NCBI RefSeq assembly: GCF_036588685.1
Contig: NC_086373.1
Coordinates: 17,856,001 to 17,920,000, forward strand
Reading direction: 5' to 3'
DNA from: Mytilus trossulus
Lineage: Eukaryota
DNA length: 64,000 nt
Part shown: in pieces, positions 12,050 to 25,575 of the stretch
How the letters are laid out: each line of letters begins with the position of its first letter
Position numbering within the stretch: position 1 is the stretch's first letter
The notes under the pieces: model-generated
Told to the model about the DNA's origin: nothing
What the model saw: the letters and a program-made list of their open reading frames with translations, nothing else
Database searches by the model: none
Made by a program: the position numbers and the translations under genes

Positions 12050-12325
12050 CAGCTATGCGTTTGTCCCAAGTTAGGAACCTCTAGCCTTCGTTAATCTTAC
12101 ATGCGTTTTTTTTTTCATTTCGGTTTATTTATATATGTTTTGGAGTTTAGTGTGACATCCATTTCACTGAACTAGTAGACATAATTGTGTAGGGGCTAGT
12201 CGAAGCCCGTCCTGGATGTGGGATTATTCACGCTGAGTTGAAGTCACATTGGTGGCCTTTTTCAGTTTTCCGCTCTGTTCTCAGGTTGTTAATTTTTGAC
12301 ACATTCCACGTTTTTATGCTCAATC
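12050..12325 (+). repeat. Interspersed repeat, family C
   Basis: actgaactagta...gaagtcacattggtggcctt...tttgacacattcc is shared with 42820-42995, and in reverse with 21313-21390. Confidence 0.65.
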
Positions 12326-15261
12326 TGGACATACACAAATATCTAGATATTTTACAATTTTTAAAATAAAAAAAAAATTAACACTGCGATAGCAAGAGCA
12401 AACTGTTAGACTAAACATAAAATACCTTACAGGTCTTTCAGCAACAGGGTTGCAGGGACAACCTGTATATATTGAGTGCTTCAGGTTAAAAAGTCATCTT
12501 TGTATTTTCATTCCAGTTGTAATATTTTAACATGAGTAAGCAAATTAAATATATGTCGTATTTACCCAGACGAGATTTATTTATCTTCCGATAAACTCAA
12601 GGGTATTGTTTATATAGATCCAAGTAACTTAAAATGAAAGGTTTAAAAGGTCAGACCAGCGATACAACTAATTTAAATTAATATTTTACTCCACTATCAC
12701 TATCAAATAGGAAGCACAAAATTTACATTTTTCAAATAATTTGTAACACCTTTCCTTAAAACTTAATTTCATGCCAGTCATAATTTAATCTACCAACAAT
12801 GTCAGCAGTATTCATAAAAGAAGTCAATACAAGTCTAGTGTTTAAACCAACAAGAAACATGTTACAGCAATGCACATACTGCCAAGACAATGGCCATTTT
12901 TTATTGTATCCACACTGACTACTAGTAATTTCTTAATCTTTTTATAATTAACAGACGTTCTCGGACAAAGCATTACAATAATATGATGTTTCTTTGTATA
13001 TTCTTGTTGTTTTTCATTGCTCAAGACGTTTTTAGTTTTCAAATGTAATGTCAAAACAAAATTTGATATCGGTATTTGATATTCAATTTTTTAAATTTGT
13101 AAAAATAGGTTATCGTTTAAGGTACACGTGCACCTTTTCTGGACTAAATAACCCAAAGATTAGTCCCGAAAAAAATGATAACCATGTTTACAATGAGACT
13201 GTTGTATTATTAGAATGTAGATTTTCAATTTAAAGAGATAACATGAAACTTGATAAACGCATTATTGTCAGGTATTACGTTGTGATTTCATACATGTAGC
13301 AAGTGTTTTCATTAAGTGTGAGTATTAACAATAATTTATCATTATTTTCATTTTATAGCACCTTAAACACAGGAGATACTGCACATTTTAAAAATCCATT
13401 GCAATTCTGTTGTTCATTGATTTTGTCAACGGGGAAATGGGTGACTTGTAAGAGACTGACTGAATGGCCTCTTATTACTGAAACTGTACGTGATGCTCCT
13501 GATTGTACAACGAACAAGTACGTTGAATGAAAGTGACTGGGTTGGAGACTGGTTTCATGGAAATCTGAATAGGAATCTCTGGTGCAAACCAACTCTTCAG
13601 ACTCTGGGACTAGCGATGAATGATTCATTAATTCCGCATGGAATTATACTAACCGTGTTCAATGTGAAGTCCTGAGTCCAATCTTCTTCATAAAAATTAT
13701 AAAAAAAAACTAGTAAATAGACAAGAACAAACTTAACAAACAACTCTCAATTAAAGTGAGAGAAAAAAGTGATAGTGTTCATTGTCATTAAGTTTTATAT
13801 ACTATTTTTATAATTGGAAGAATAAAGATATATTACTATTCTGTTTATGATAAGATACATATTCAACTTAACAGAGTTCACACTTTGCAAAGTATAGCAA
13901 AAGCTTCTAAGGTCACTTTTTCCGGTAATATAAACGAAACACTCAATTTCAATGTAGACCTATATGTAAGAAAATGTTAATTTCTTTCTTCCGGATTAAG
14001 TACAAGCGTCATAGGGGTGCTCGAGGCTCTAATGATCATCATTCGGTTGTATTCGTGCATAAGTTTCATTGTCAGTGTAAATGTTTATATTTGGTGCATG
14101 TTTTAATTTTTGGGTCAGTTTTTAGTTATGCAAGGATTTTTTTTATAATTTGGAAGATATTTTTAAAAATGCGTTAAACCATTAGGTGACACAACAGTGC
14201 AAAGAAAAGGCAGGAATTGTTTGAGATTGTGAATGTGAGTCATGTAATATTTTAACGAGACATTATCTTATTTTTATAATTCAAATAACATTAAAATTTT
14301 TAAGTTTTATTTAAATTCTGAAAATTATTTTTGTATAGTTCACGTATAATTCATATATGAAAAGTTTCAGGCAAGATTCATATGAAAACTTTAATGTGAG
14401 TTTTATAATAATGTGTAAGCTCGTATAAGGTGAATCTCGAGTGATTGTTTTTACGTGATTCATGTGAGAAAATTTTTAATGTGTATTTTGGTTCCGGCTT
14501 TTTTATTGAAATAATATTTCCTAATGGCAGGGAAATGTTCCAATAAAATGCCTTTAAGAGTTTTAAATATATTCGAATCTTAAATCATATTCCTGTTTTT
14601 CTTAATTTTTTATTTGGAAATATCCATTCTTACCCACTGCTAGCTCAGTAATCAGAGTTATGAAAATCATATTTTTACAGCCCCAGTAAACTTATTTAGA
14701 TTTTTGTAGGATCAAGATTTCAAGTCATAAGGGGAGGCATACTTGATAGAAACTAAACATGTAAAAAAGATCAATGTAAACCTTAAGCCACAAGTTAATA
14801 AATTAAAAAAAATGAAATTCTGGTTGTTCAATATAAAAGTCATGTATAAAATCATTTTATCTATCAAATTTTCTATAATGAAACAAACATGTTATAAACT
14901 AATGATAACAATCCCAATTTTTATCGATCGTCCTTATGATAACGAAACAAAAAAATATCTGCTGTTATCTGAACTTAATCACGATTTTCGGGGTGATTAA
15001 AATAGCCATTCGATAATTCCAGGTTCAAAGGTATTTAGTTGTCACATGATCTTCACCCCAGCCCTTGTGATCAAAATACCAACAAGTAAATGATTCAAAA
15101 AGTCTGCGAAACGTCTAACACAGTAAGTCTTTGATTTCACAAACAAAATTCCTTTAACCATTTTAGAAATATTATTTTGTATCTTAATTTCTGCATTTTT
15201 TCATTTTTTGTTTTAAATCCTTACCTTTTGTTATTTAAAAAAAACATTGTATTACATTGAA

Positions 15262-15470
15262 TTTTTCGAAAAACTATATAAGGATATTCTTATTCCAGGA
15301 ATAGATTACCTTAGCCGTATTCGGAATTCTGGATCCTCAATGCCAAGCTATTCAACTTTGTACTTGTTTGGCTTTATAAATATTTGGATATGAGCGTCAC
15401 TGATGTGTCTTATATAGACGAAACGCGCGTCTGGCGTACTAAATTATAATCCTGGTACCTTTGATAACTA
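15262..15470 (+). mobile_element. Retrozyme/PLE-terminus-like repeat carrying a hammerhead ribozyme
   Basis: Contains the 15394-15437 hammerhead. A related decayed copy is at 60580-60900. Confidence 0.65.
15394..15437 (+). ncRNA. Minimal type I hammerhead ribozyme with one core substitution
   Basis: Stem I gcgtca/tggcgt, core CTGATGt (canonical CUGAUGA), stem II gtct-tatat-agac, GAAA, palindromic acgcgcgt stem III, GUC cleavage triplet ending at 15431. Confidence 0.8.
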
Positions 15471-15694
15471 TTCTCTTCTATTGGTTGTTTAAACATGATT
15501 ACTTTACTCGAGCTGCGCGTCTGGCGTACTAAATTATAATCCTGGTACATTTGATAACTATTCTCTTATATTGGTTGTTTAAACATGATTACTTTACTCG
15601 AACTGCGCGTCTGGCGTACTAAATTATAATCCTGGTACCTTTGATAACTATTCTCTTCTATTGGTTGTTTAAACATGATTACTTTACTCGAACT
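15425..15694 (+). repeat. 3 x 90-bp tandem repeat
   Basis: Units start at 15425, 15515 and 15605 (gcgcgtctggcgtactaaattataatcc...). Confidence 0.95.
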
Positions 15695-16029
15695 CTTCCT
15701 GTGTAGACAATGCAATGAATATTACATGTAGATTCGAGGGGAAATGCTAGTACAAACTTACAATCGTGAAATAAATAGGTGATTTCATGGGGAATAGAAA
15801 ATATATTAAGACTTGAATGGCAGTCTTTGATTTTGATTGAAATACGGAAAAGTCTTTGTAATGAGTTTAGCAATTTCATACCTTTCCTTCGATGAGTTAA
15901 GCTCTTTCCATATGATTTTTATAGTTCGTTTAAAGTTTGTGCTGTTACACCACTGTTCCAGGTTAGGGGATTGTTGGGTGTCTTCACATTCATTAGGCCG
16001 TTTCAGTATTTTCTCGTTTTACTTTTGTC

Positions 16030-16170
16030 ATTTCGGGGTCTTTTATATCTGACTAGGCGGTATGGGTATTACTCATTGTCGATGGTCGTACGGTGACCTA
16101 TAGTTATTAACTTATGTATCCCTTGGTCTCTTTTCTTATTGGCAATAAAACCATACTTTCTTGTTTTTTT
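16030..16170 (+). repeat. Interspersed repeat, family A (degenerate)
   Basis: tatgggtattactcattgtcgatggtcgtacggtgacctatagtt. Confidence 0.75.
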
Positions 16171-16773
16171 CATTTTTGTTAAAACAACTTCTTGCAAACA
16201 ATGCTGGAATAATATTTCAGCCAGGAAACAAAAACCAAGATAACTAAACGTCCGAAACACATTGAAAAGATATCAGCTTAACAAAAAGTGAAATAAAGAC
16301 TCGCAAATACCGTCAATGCACGAGTAAAGTTCAGCACAAAAGAACAAGTTAAATAAATCTTCGAAAACACATTTATTTACACGAATAACCTTTCATTGGA
16401 TTTGGCTTCATGATTTCGGCAATAGGATTTATTATCATTAAACAGAATAACGACAATTCCAAACGATTGTGGTATCCAAAATATATGGGAAACGCAATGT
16501 GTTCAATTGCAATGGTTAGTTTCATTCATCAAACTGTCACAGTCAGTGGATAAATGGACTAAAATTGATTTTGAGACTTTTCGGACATTTTGTAAAAGAT
16601 TTTGTAAAATTACTATTTTGTTATATTTGCAATATTTCACTAAGGGATTTTGTTTATTTTATTGTGCAAGATTTAAGTCAAGTTTAGAAGATTAAGCTAA
16701 TCTAATTTCATGTTTTAATTTGTTTTTTAAATTAGCAACATTTTTCCTCCAAATGATCTATTATTCGTTTATG

Positions 16774-17590
16774 GGGCGCATTTCATTTGCGCCAATTTTT
16801 GAAAATTACAATCTTTCATTTGTGCCAGAAGGTAATATTTCATTTGCGCCAAAAAATAAATCTTCATTTGCGCCATTTTACAGGTAATTCAGGTTAGCAA
16901 TAACGGAAGCGTTAAATATGCATTGCTCTAAAAGGTTTGTCTCTACAGTATTTCTCTGGATAATGGGGTGAGTTCAATGCCACACTCATTTTTGAAGCCG
17001 AGAGTCACTAAGGTTTATAATTGTGGTGAGTTCATGCCCCACTCATTTCAGAAGCTGAGAGTCACTAAGGTTTATAATTATATTTAGTGTTCACATGTTC
17101 AAAGTGTCAAGATGGATATTTTCAATTTAGACATAAAACAGGAGAATAATTAAAAAGTGTGTAATATTTGATGACCACACTTTTAGTTTATTATCAGATC
17201 ATACGTTCTGAAAAATAGAGACCAAGCTAGTCGTGTATGTGTACCCCAAATAGAAATAAACCCTGCAAAGCAATTATAACAACTGAAATGGACTGCAATT
17301 CATGACAAAACGGACTATATTTTATCAATATGGTATGCACTTCAGAGCAGGAATTTTCCAGACATGAATACATCAATGATACAAACTTTAATCATCAATA
17401 GTCTTTTTTTTTTTTTTTTTTTTTTTTAAATATATATGTTGTTTTTTTTATACTATTTACCTGTATTTACCTGTAATATTGGCTCAATTGAAAGGTTTTA
17501 TTTTGGCGCAAATGAAATATTGTTTGTGGCGCAAATGAAAGATTTTTTTGGCGCAAATGAAATGTCAATTGGCGCAAAAGCAAAGCACCG
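16774..17590. mobile_element. Mutator-like non-autonomous element with subterminal TTGCGCCA repeats
   Basis: Perfect 9-bp TSD TCGTTTATG (16765-73 and 17591-99). Clustered ttgcgcca on the left and tggcgcaa on the right. Internal ~58-bp tandem duplication at 16967-17080. Confidence 0.85.
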
Positions 17591-17979
17591 TCGTTTATGA
17601 CATGCCAAGAGTTTAATTCCCTACATAAGTCTGTATGTTCTATTGTTAATTATTATCTATGTGTTTAAACCCTTAATGGAATTTTCTCACTCATTTAGAG
17701 AAATATTTGTCAAGTCTATTCAAGTCGTTTTTGGTTTGTTATATAAACTATGTTGTTATTTTGATGTGGCAGATTGGATTAAGTATTACACATTTTTACA
17801 TTTTTATTCCATGCTGAACTTATTAAATTATACATCGCGCTAACCAGAGTCGTCTTTTGTTACAAGAGCTAGTCCCAGAGTCAGAGACCGTGCAGACTTG
17901 TCGTACCGTTTATCGTGTGTGTGTGGTTCCAGTCCACACATTTCCCAGTCACAGATACACCCAGTTTCTATTTGTGACA

Positions 17980-18552
17980 AAACGCAGACTTAAAGAACAG
18001 TATTTACAAGTCTGGCATTCTTTACATGATAACTCGCTTTAAGAACTAAATTACAAACTTCTTAAAGATTATTTTGGAAAAGAAGGTCATTTTGAAATTC
18101 TTAAGAACAAACTATCTTTTGATTTGTATAGATTAAGGACCACAAATCACAAGCTCCCTATTGAACATGGTAGATGGAATAATATACTAGTAGTTAGAAA
18201 CACTAGCATTTATCTTCTATGTTAAAAAAAATTGATATTGGCGATGAATTTTCATTGTATATTAGAATGTAAATACTTTGAAGTAAACAGGAAACAGTGT
18301 ATGGCATATTGTTATTTAAACAATGCAAATATTGTCAAAGACACACAGATTATATCTTCAAAACAAATCAGAATTGATTAAACTATGTAAATTCATGAAG
18401 ATTATTAACACAGTTGTATGTGCTCCTAGCTAAAATGGACTTGATATATTGTCTTAGCATCATTTTTGTTTGTTCTGTCTTATTGTGAATATTGTACATA
18501 CTTGTCTCCTCTATACCTAATGTATATATGGTTTATTGAGAATAAAGATAAA
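17980..18552 (+). mobile_element. Decayed 3' end of a non-LTR retrotransposon (C-terminal CCHC region)
   Basis: KEQYLQVW..., YRLRTTNHKLPIEHGRW, IGDEF(H)..LECKYF with stops and frameshifts. AATAAA tail at 18541. Confidence 0.75.
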
Positions 18553-19125
18553 CAGAATGACGTTGTGATTAATTTTCTGCAGTATACATAATAATAAATC
18601 TACTTTATCATTGTGTCACATATTGATTGACATACATGTATTATGATAGTTGTGCATGTTGTTATTTAGTGTCTGTAGGGTACATGTGCTTGTATCAACT
18701 ATGCTATAGTGGAATACATCAAAGTATACTGTTCTCTCTCAAATTGTGTTACAATATGAAATAGATACTTATTCATTCTTAAGGTTTGTTTTATGTGTTT
18801 GTGTTTGTTTATTGAGAGTAATGTATTCTCATTCTTATGGAGGAAAGTTAAGAGTATAATTTAATTAGAAAGGAAACAAACAACACAACTTTACAGAAAA
18901 GCAACATGTCAAACGACACTATGCAATAACAAGCGGTCGATCACGCTAAACTTATATGTATACAGCAAATGCTATATAGGAATGAAATCAGCAGTCAATC
19001 AACATCGGAAATGAATATGAATACAAGATTTTTATGAAAAGATGAAAATTTCAGAAAATGTGTGGACTTTTTGAACATTATTGTAAGCAAGTATTTTAAA
19101 ATTTATTTCAGATATTACGTCAGCC

Positions 19126-19965
19126 ATGGGTTTGGTGGAGTATATACATCCGTATTTAGCAGAGGCGGACTACAGAAAGACGTCCGTTAAACTAACTTTC
19201 ATTTTTTCATCGTTCATTTTCTACTCACTTCTTTACATTTTTTCTCACGTTTTTGGAAGTGGTACACGTACTTATAACAATCTTACTAAAAAGGAAAAAG
19301 TCTTTTGGAATCTAGCTGTTGTTCGTGCAATTTATGGTATCTTCTGTACTATCGTTGGAATCTGGGCTATATTTGTGGACGAAGAATTGGAGAAAGATGT
19401 TGTTTTCGCTACGACTCCGACAAGTTATTTTGCCTTGACCGTTACGGTAGGATTTTTTATTTTCGAATGCTCCGCAATTATTATTTCGGACATAATCTAC
19501 CGGAAGTTCAGTTTTCTGTTAAACCTGCACCATTGGCTTTCTCTGGTTGGATACAGTGTTTTGATGATCGTTGAAAGTAGTCACTGCTTCGGAACAAAGG
19601 GACTTATATTAGAAATGAGCACGCCATTTTCTGCAATATGCTGGACAGTGTTAAAAGTTGGAAAGGCTGACACTTTGTTATGGAAAGCAAATCAGTTCCT
19701 TTTGGTTCACACTTTCCATTTACGGTCGGTAGTTGAATGCTTTCTGTGGTATATAACATTTAAACATTGGGACAGAATATGGGAGGCCATGCCACTGGCA
19801 TTGTTTATTATGCTCTATACCCAGCTGACGTTGGTCACGTTCGTCATGACACCATACTGGACATACAAAAAAACGCAACAAATGATCGTGCCCGTCGATT
19901 GGAACTTTGAAGAGTCAAACAAAACTCGTATGACGAACGGTGCTGTTGAAAAGAAAACGGCATAA
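19126..19965 (+). CDS. CLN8: CLN8-like TLC-domain ER membrane protein, copy 1 (279 aa)
   Basis: TLC His pair (LNLHHW), LEMSTPF, W.NQFLLVH.FHLR and PYWTYKKTQQ..PVDWNF as in vertebrate CLN8. C-terminal KKTA (KKXX). Good Kozak context; splice acceptor just upstream (tttcAG at 19111). Confidence 0.93.
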   Translation: MGLVEYIHPYLAEADYRKTSVKLTFIFSSFIFYSLLYIFSHVFGSGTRTYNNLTKKEKVFWNLAVVRAIYGIFCTIVGIWAIFVDEELEKDVVFATTPTSYFALTVTVGFFIFECSAIIISDIIYRKFSFLLNLHHWLSLVGYSVLMIVESSHCFGTKGLILEMSTPFSAICWTVLKVGKADTLLWKANQFLLVHTFHLRSVVECFLWYITFKHWDRIWEAMPLALFIMLYTQLTLVTFVMTPYWTYKKTQQMIVPVDWNFEESNKTRMTNGAVEKKTA

Positions 19966-20161
19966 ACTTGATTTGTAAGTGAGAAATACTCAGGAAGTTG
20001 ACACTATATACAAATAATTTTGATATCATTTTGTTTTGTTTTAATAAATTGTTTCAAATAAAAAAAAGTACATGCATTCTCATAAAAATTTACGATTATT
20101 ACTTGCTTTTGTTTTACAGAAACTTTTTTGATACCAATATGTACATCACTTCACGAACATT

Positions 20162-20347
20162 GGGGATGGGGGTTGGAGGGGTCGGAACTTTTTTTTTTGA
20201 TGCCAGGATCGGGTGTTTTAAAGCTCGGGATTTAGAAATTGACCCTTTTGGGATCTGCTATTTATTTTTTCTAATTTCGGGATGTCGGGCTTTTTTTTAT
20301 ATTTTTAAATTCGGGATTTCGGGATCAGGACCCCTCCGAACCCCCTC
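20162..20347. mobile_element. Short G/C-ended MITE with internal tcggga repeats
   Basis: ggggttggaggggtc / gacccctccgaacccc inverted ends. AACATT direct repeats at 20156-61 and 20348-53. Confidence 0.6.
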
Positions 20348-20814
20348 AACATTATGACAGGAACATTTGCTTAGCCCAGAAACGGTATGGCGATTACTTG
20401 ACCTTTCAACTATTTGATTTATTCAGTTTTATCTCAATCTGAACCAGTGTCCACTGTTATAAATAGTCCAAAGGAGGTTTAATGTCTCATTCTTAGAAAA
20501 TTATTGAAAAAAAACCTTAACTTTCGGAGAATATAATGTAAATTGAAAGAGAGATGTAGATTAAATTACCTAAAGACGAAAACTTTTTAACAAAACTAAG
20601 AATAATTAAAGAAACTATTATAAGTATGTCATGGAGAACTTTCATTATTAAATCATTATAAATGTACAAAAAACACACGTGAATATGCAATTAAAAAAAA
20701 TGATTTCAAGGAAACACACTGATTCGTGAGATGAATCTATTCTTCATTTTTCCTCTAAGATAGTCTGAAAGTTGAATATGGCTAAACCTAATGAAGCCAA
20801 GGATGTATTTTATA

Positions 20815-20960
20815 TTTGAAAATGTCTGTACAAAGTCAGGAATATGACAGTTCTTGTCCATTCGTTTTTGATGCGTTTTGTTATTTGATTTTGCCATGTG
20901 AGTATGGACTTTCCGAATTAATTTTCCTCTAAGTTCAGTATTTTTGTGATTTTACTTTTT
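20815..20960 (+). repeat. Interspersed repeat, family B
   Basis: aaaatgtctgtacaaagtcaggaatatgacagtt...agttcagtatttttgtgattttacttt is shared with 35800-35937. Confidence 0.75.
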
Positions 20961-21171
20961 ATATGCACGATTTTAATATCGTTGATATCGACACGATATC
21001 GCTTTTTGCTTATGAAATCCACGACAAACCCAGATACAACAGATGTCGATATTGACGATATCGACGATATCGACGTTTGCTTTATACATCCATCACGTAA
21101 CTTCATCGAGTCTTGGAAATACCTCCATAAAAAACTAAATGAGAACAGTTACCAAGATGCTGATCGTCCAC

Positions 21172-23564
21172 TTTATAGTGAAACACTAGCGAGGGGCTAA
21201 AGGATACTTTTGGAACTAAATTGGAAGTATCTCTCCTCAAAACCACACGGTCAATGCTATTGATTGAATGTAAGATTCTGCGTTATGTGATATTATAGAT
21301 TAGATGTCATATTGAGAATGGAAATGGCGAATATGTCAAAGAGACAACAACCCGATCAAAGGGCAAAAAACACACAAAGGTCACCAATGGCCACTAAATG
21401 TATAATTGTCAATGAGACCACCCTTCACCAGAGACCAGAGGAAAATTATGTAACAACTGCAGGTCATAGTACGGCATTAAGAAGTCTGGACATTGAAAAC
21501 CCGTTAGATATTTTTTTAATGATAATAGAAATCACCTTAAATACTGGACAGTACACATTGTACAATAGACCACTTCAACACGAACAACTGACTCCTCAAA
21601 AAAACAGACGTACAGACATGATTAGCAACGAGCAACACCTGGCCAAGATAGACTGACTGGGTACAGACACACAATGTGGTACATGTGGTTGGGTTAATGA
21701 AGCAAGTTTGGCGTGCACCCCTTCCCCCCAAAAAAAACCCAACAACAACAAAAAACCAGCAAAAGAACAACAACAACAAACAAACCCCTGAAAACGCCAC
21801 ACCTTTTTGTCTATCTAGACCATATGTTATAAAGAAAAAAAACACAAAATGAGATACCTGCACAGTGCAACTACCAGCAGGACAACCACTAAATCCAAAA
21901 AGAAAAAAAAACACGGCATAAAATTTTGAAAGCAGGGTTCAAATGTTATCGGAACTACAGGAAGCTAGCTATTAGGGTAGTAAAACCGTTGTGGTAGATC
22001 TGCAAAACATATATGACAACTTTCGGACGCTAGATGTCTGGCTGAAATTAAAGTATTGATGATTTTATAAATTCGCTGTGACCACGAACGTAACATTTTG
22101 ATATTGCATTAAAGATATTTAAAATATTTCACAAAATGATAAAATACTTGAGTAAACATTCATATTTAAGGACTCTCGATAAAATAAGAAAGTCCACGTA
22201 TTGACCCTACGTATAGCCAATCACGTGTCCCATCACGAAACAACATCATCTAAACATAGAATAATGTACTTGTACTTTTATTTCATTTTTCATATTTGTT
22301 TGAGGTCTACAACTTTGCAGCATATAAGAAAAATATACTTGTACAAGACTCCTACATTGATTTCATTTTATAGTGAAACACTAGCGAGGGGCTAAAGGAT
22401 ACTTTTGGAACTAAATTGGAAGTATCTCTCCTCAAAACCACACGGTCAATGCTATTGATTGAATGTAAGATTCTGCGTTATGTGATATTATAGATTAGAT
22501 GTCATATTGAGAATGGAAATGGCGAATATGTCAAAGAGACAACAACCCGATCAAAGGGCAAAAAACACACAAAGGTCACCAATGGCCACTAAATGTATAA
22601 TTGTCAATGAGACCACCCTTCACCAGAGACCAGAGGAAAATTATGTAACAACTGCAGGTCATAGTACGGCATTAAGAAGTCTGGACATTGAAAACCCGTT
22701 AGATATTTTTTTAATGATAATAGAAATCACCTTAAATACTGGACAGTACACATTGTACAATAGACCACTTCAACACGAACAACTGACTCCTCAAAAAAAC
22801 AGACGTACAGACATGATTAGCAACGAGCAACACCTGGCCAAGATAGACTGACTGGGTACAGACACACAATGTGGTACATGTGGTTGGGTTAATGAAGCAA
22901 GTTTGGCGTGCACCCCTTCCCCCCAAAAAAAACCCAACAACAACAAAAAACCAGCAAAAGAACAACAACAACAAACAAACCCCTGAAAACGCCACACCTT
23001 TTTGTCTATCTAGACCATATGTTATAAAGAAAAAAAACACAAAATGAGATACCTGCACAGTGCAACTACCAGCAGGACAACCACTAAATCCAAAAAGAAA
23101 AAAAAACACGGCATAAAATTTTGAAAGCAGGGTTCAAATGTTATCGGAACTACAGGAAGCTAGCTATTAGGGTAGTAAAACCGTTGTGGTAGATCTGCAA
23201 AACATATATGACAACTTTCGGACGCTAGATGTCTGGCTGAAATTAAAGTATTGATGATTTTATAAATTCGCTGTGACCACGAACGTAACATTTTGATATT
23301 GCATTAAAGATATTTAAAATATTTCACAAAATGATAAAATACTTGAGTAAACATTCATATTTAAGGACTCTCGATAAAATAAGAAAGTCCACGTATTGAC
23401 CCTACGTATAGCCAATCACGTGTCCCATCACGAAACAACATCATCTAAACATAGAATAATGTACTTGTACTTTTATTTCATTTTTCATATTTGTTTGAGG
23501 TCTACAACTTTGCAGCATATAAGAAAAATATACTTGTACAAGACTCCTACATTGATTTCATTTT
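21172..23564 (+). repeat. Apparently exact 1195-bp tandem duplication
   Basis: 21172-22366 equals 22367-23561 by eye. ORF-track translations are identical at a +1195 offset. TTT (CA[C/T]TTT) junction microhomology. Confidence 0.95.
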
Positions 23565-24364
23565 GAAAAATTTCAATTAGAAAGTTTGTACACATATATA
23601 TGAGCTATCTCCTCACTATAGTAAAAAGTAAAATTAAAAGACCCCAAGATTTTACTGTCTCGAGGAAAATCCCGTGTAAAGAAAGAGGACACAATTTCCC
23701 TCAAATGAAAGATCATTGACAACCAAATAAACCGCTAATAATAAAAATAAATCCGGAAAATTGAAGTCCATTCATTGTATATCATGTTTCATCCTTTTTT
23801 CCTTAATAAAACATATTTGATCTGGTAACTTAACAGACCAACAATATGGTTGTTACTCTAAAGTGAGCTTACTAAATAACCTTAAAATTAACACAATTTC
23901 TAAATCAGATAAGATCACAATTTAGTATTGATCGGGGACAATGTCAATCAGATTAGACAGATTAGATTGACACTGATGCTGGACATTTCAACAAACATCA
24001 TAGAATGGTACTGATCGTGGACAACTTCTCCAATCAGATTTATGCCCCCCCCCAAACAACAACATCAATTCAGGTCAAGTTTTATTTACCAGTATGAGCA
24101 AGAATATAAAAATAGAATTCAAAACAACAACAATAAAGATAAAAAGGTTAATAGATACAAGTTAAGAAGGAATGCACGATCTCTACAAAATATATAAACA
24201 AAAACTGTAGGCTACACCAAGGTGAACAAGTTATAAACGAACCGAAAAAAATATCTTTCAATTTGAGATTGAAATCATTGAAAGTGTCAGAACGTCTACA
24301 GGATAACCTGAACCAATTTAACAGACGTATCGAACAATGATAAATGTTAGCTGTTTGTTGGACG

Positions 24365-25575
24365 ATGGCTATTATATCTATGGTTTGACAGTGGTGTGTT
24401 TATCTTCATTGGCCATGGCTATTATATCTATGGTTTGACAGTGGTGTGTTTATCCTCATTGGTCATGGCTATTATATCTATGGTTTGACAGTGGTGTGTT
24501 TATCTTCATTGGCCATGGCTATTATATCTATGGTTTGACAGTGGTGTGTTTATCTTCATTGGCCATGGCTATTATATCTATGGTTTGACAGTGGTGTGTT
24601 TATCCTCATTGGCCATGGCTATTATATCTATGGTTTGACAGTGGTGTGTTTATCTTCATTGGCCATGGCTATTATATCTATGGTTTGACAGTGGTGTGTT
24701 TATCCTCATTGGCCATGGCTATTATATCTATGGTTTGACAGTGGTGTGTTTATCCTCATTGACCATGGCTATTATATCTATGGTTTGACAGTGGTGTGTT
24801 TATCCTCATTGACCATGGCTATTATATCTATGGTTTGACAGTGGTGTGTTTATCCTCATTGACCATGGCTATTATATCTATGGTTTGACAGTGGTGTGTT
24901 TATCTTCATTGGCCATGGCTATTATATCTATGGTTTGACAGTGGTGTGTTTATCTTCATTGGCCATGGCTATTATATCTATGGTTTGACAGTGGTGTGTT
25001 TATCCTCATTGACCATGGCTATTATATCTATGGTTTGACAGTGGTGTGTTTATCCTCATTGACCATGGCTATTATATCTATGGTTTGACAGTGGTGTGTT
25101 TATCCTCATTGACCATGGCTATTATATCTATGGTTTGACAGTGGTGTGTTTATCCTCATTGACCATGGCTATTATATCTATGGTTTGACAGTGGTGTGTT
25201 TATCCTCATTGACCATGGCTATTATATCTATGGTTTGACAGTGGTGTGTGTATTCTCATTGACCATGGCTATTATATCTATGGTTTGACAGTGGTGTGTT
25301 TATCCTCATTGACCATGGCTATTATATCTATGGTTTGACAGTGGTGTGTTTATCCTCATTGACCATGGCTATTATATCTATGGTTTGACAGTGGTGTGTT
25401 TATCCTCATTGACCATGGCTATTATATCTATGGTTTGACAGTGGTGTGTTTATCCGTATTGACCATGGCTATTATATCTATGGTTTGACAGTGGTGTGTT
25501 TATCTTCATTGGCCATGGCTATTATATCCATGGTTTGACAGTGGTGTGTTTATTCTCTGACATTGACCATGGCTA
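24365..25575. repeat. Satellite part 1: 24 x 50-bp unit
   Basis: attatatctatggtttgacagtggtgtgtttatc(c/t)tcattg(a/g)ccatggct recurs every 50 bp from 24371 to 25521. Confidence 0.97.

Noticed and set aside
13353-13690. 91-aa - strand ORF and its 15-bp match (gctagtcccagagtc) to ~17868
   Set aside because: No recognisable domain or consistent exon chain. A 15-mer match is within chance for a window this size.
21312-23109. Duplicated 114-, 125- and 68-aa ORFs
   Set aside because: They read through interspersed repeats and A/C-rich low-complexity sequence, and recur only because of the 1195-bp duplication.
24371-24390. Satellite core as a P-like transposon end (…ttatatctatg) plus TSD
   Set aside because: No matching catagatataa left end with the same flank was found in the window.
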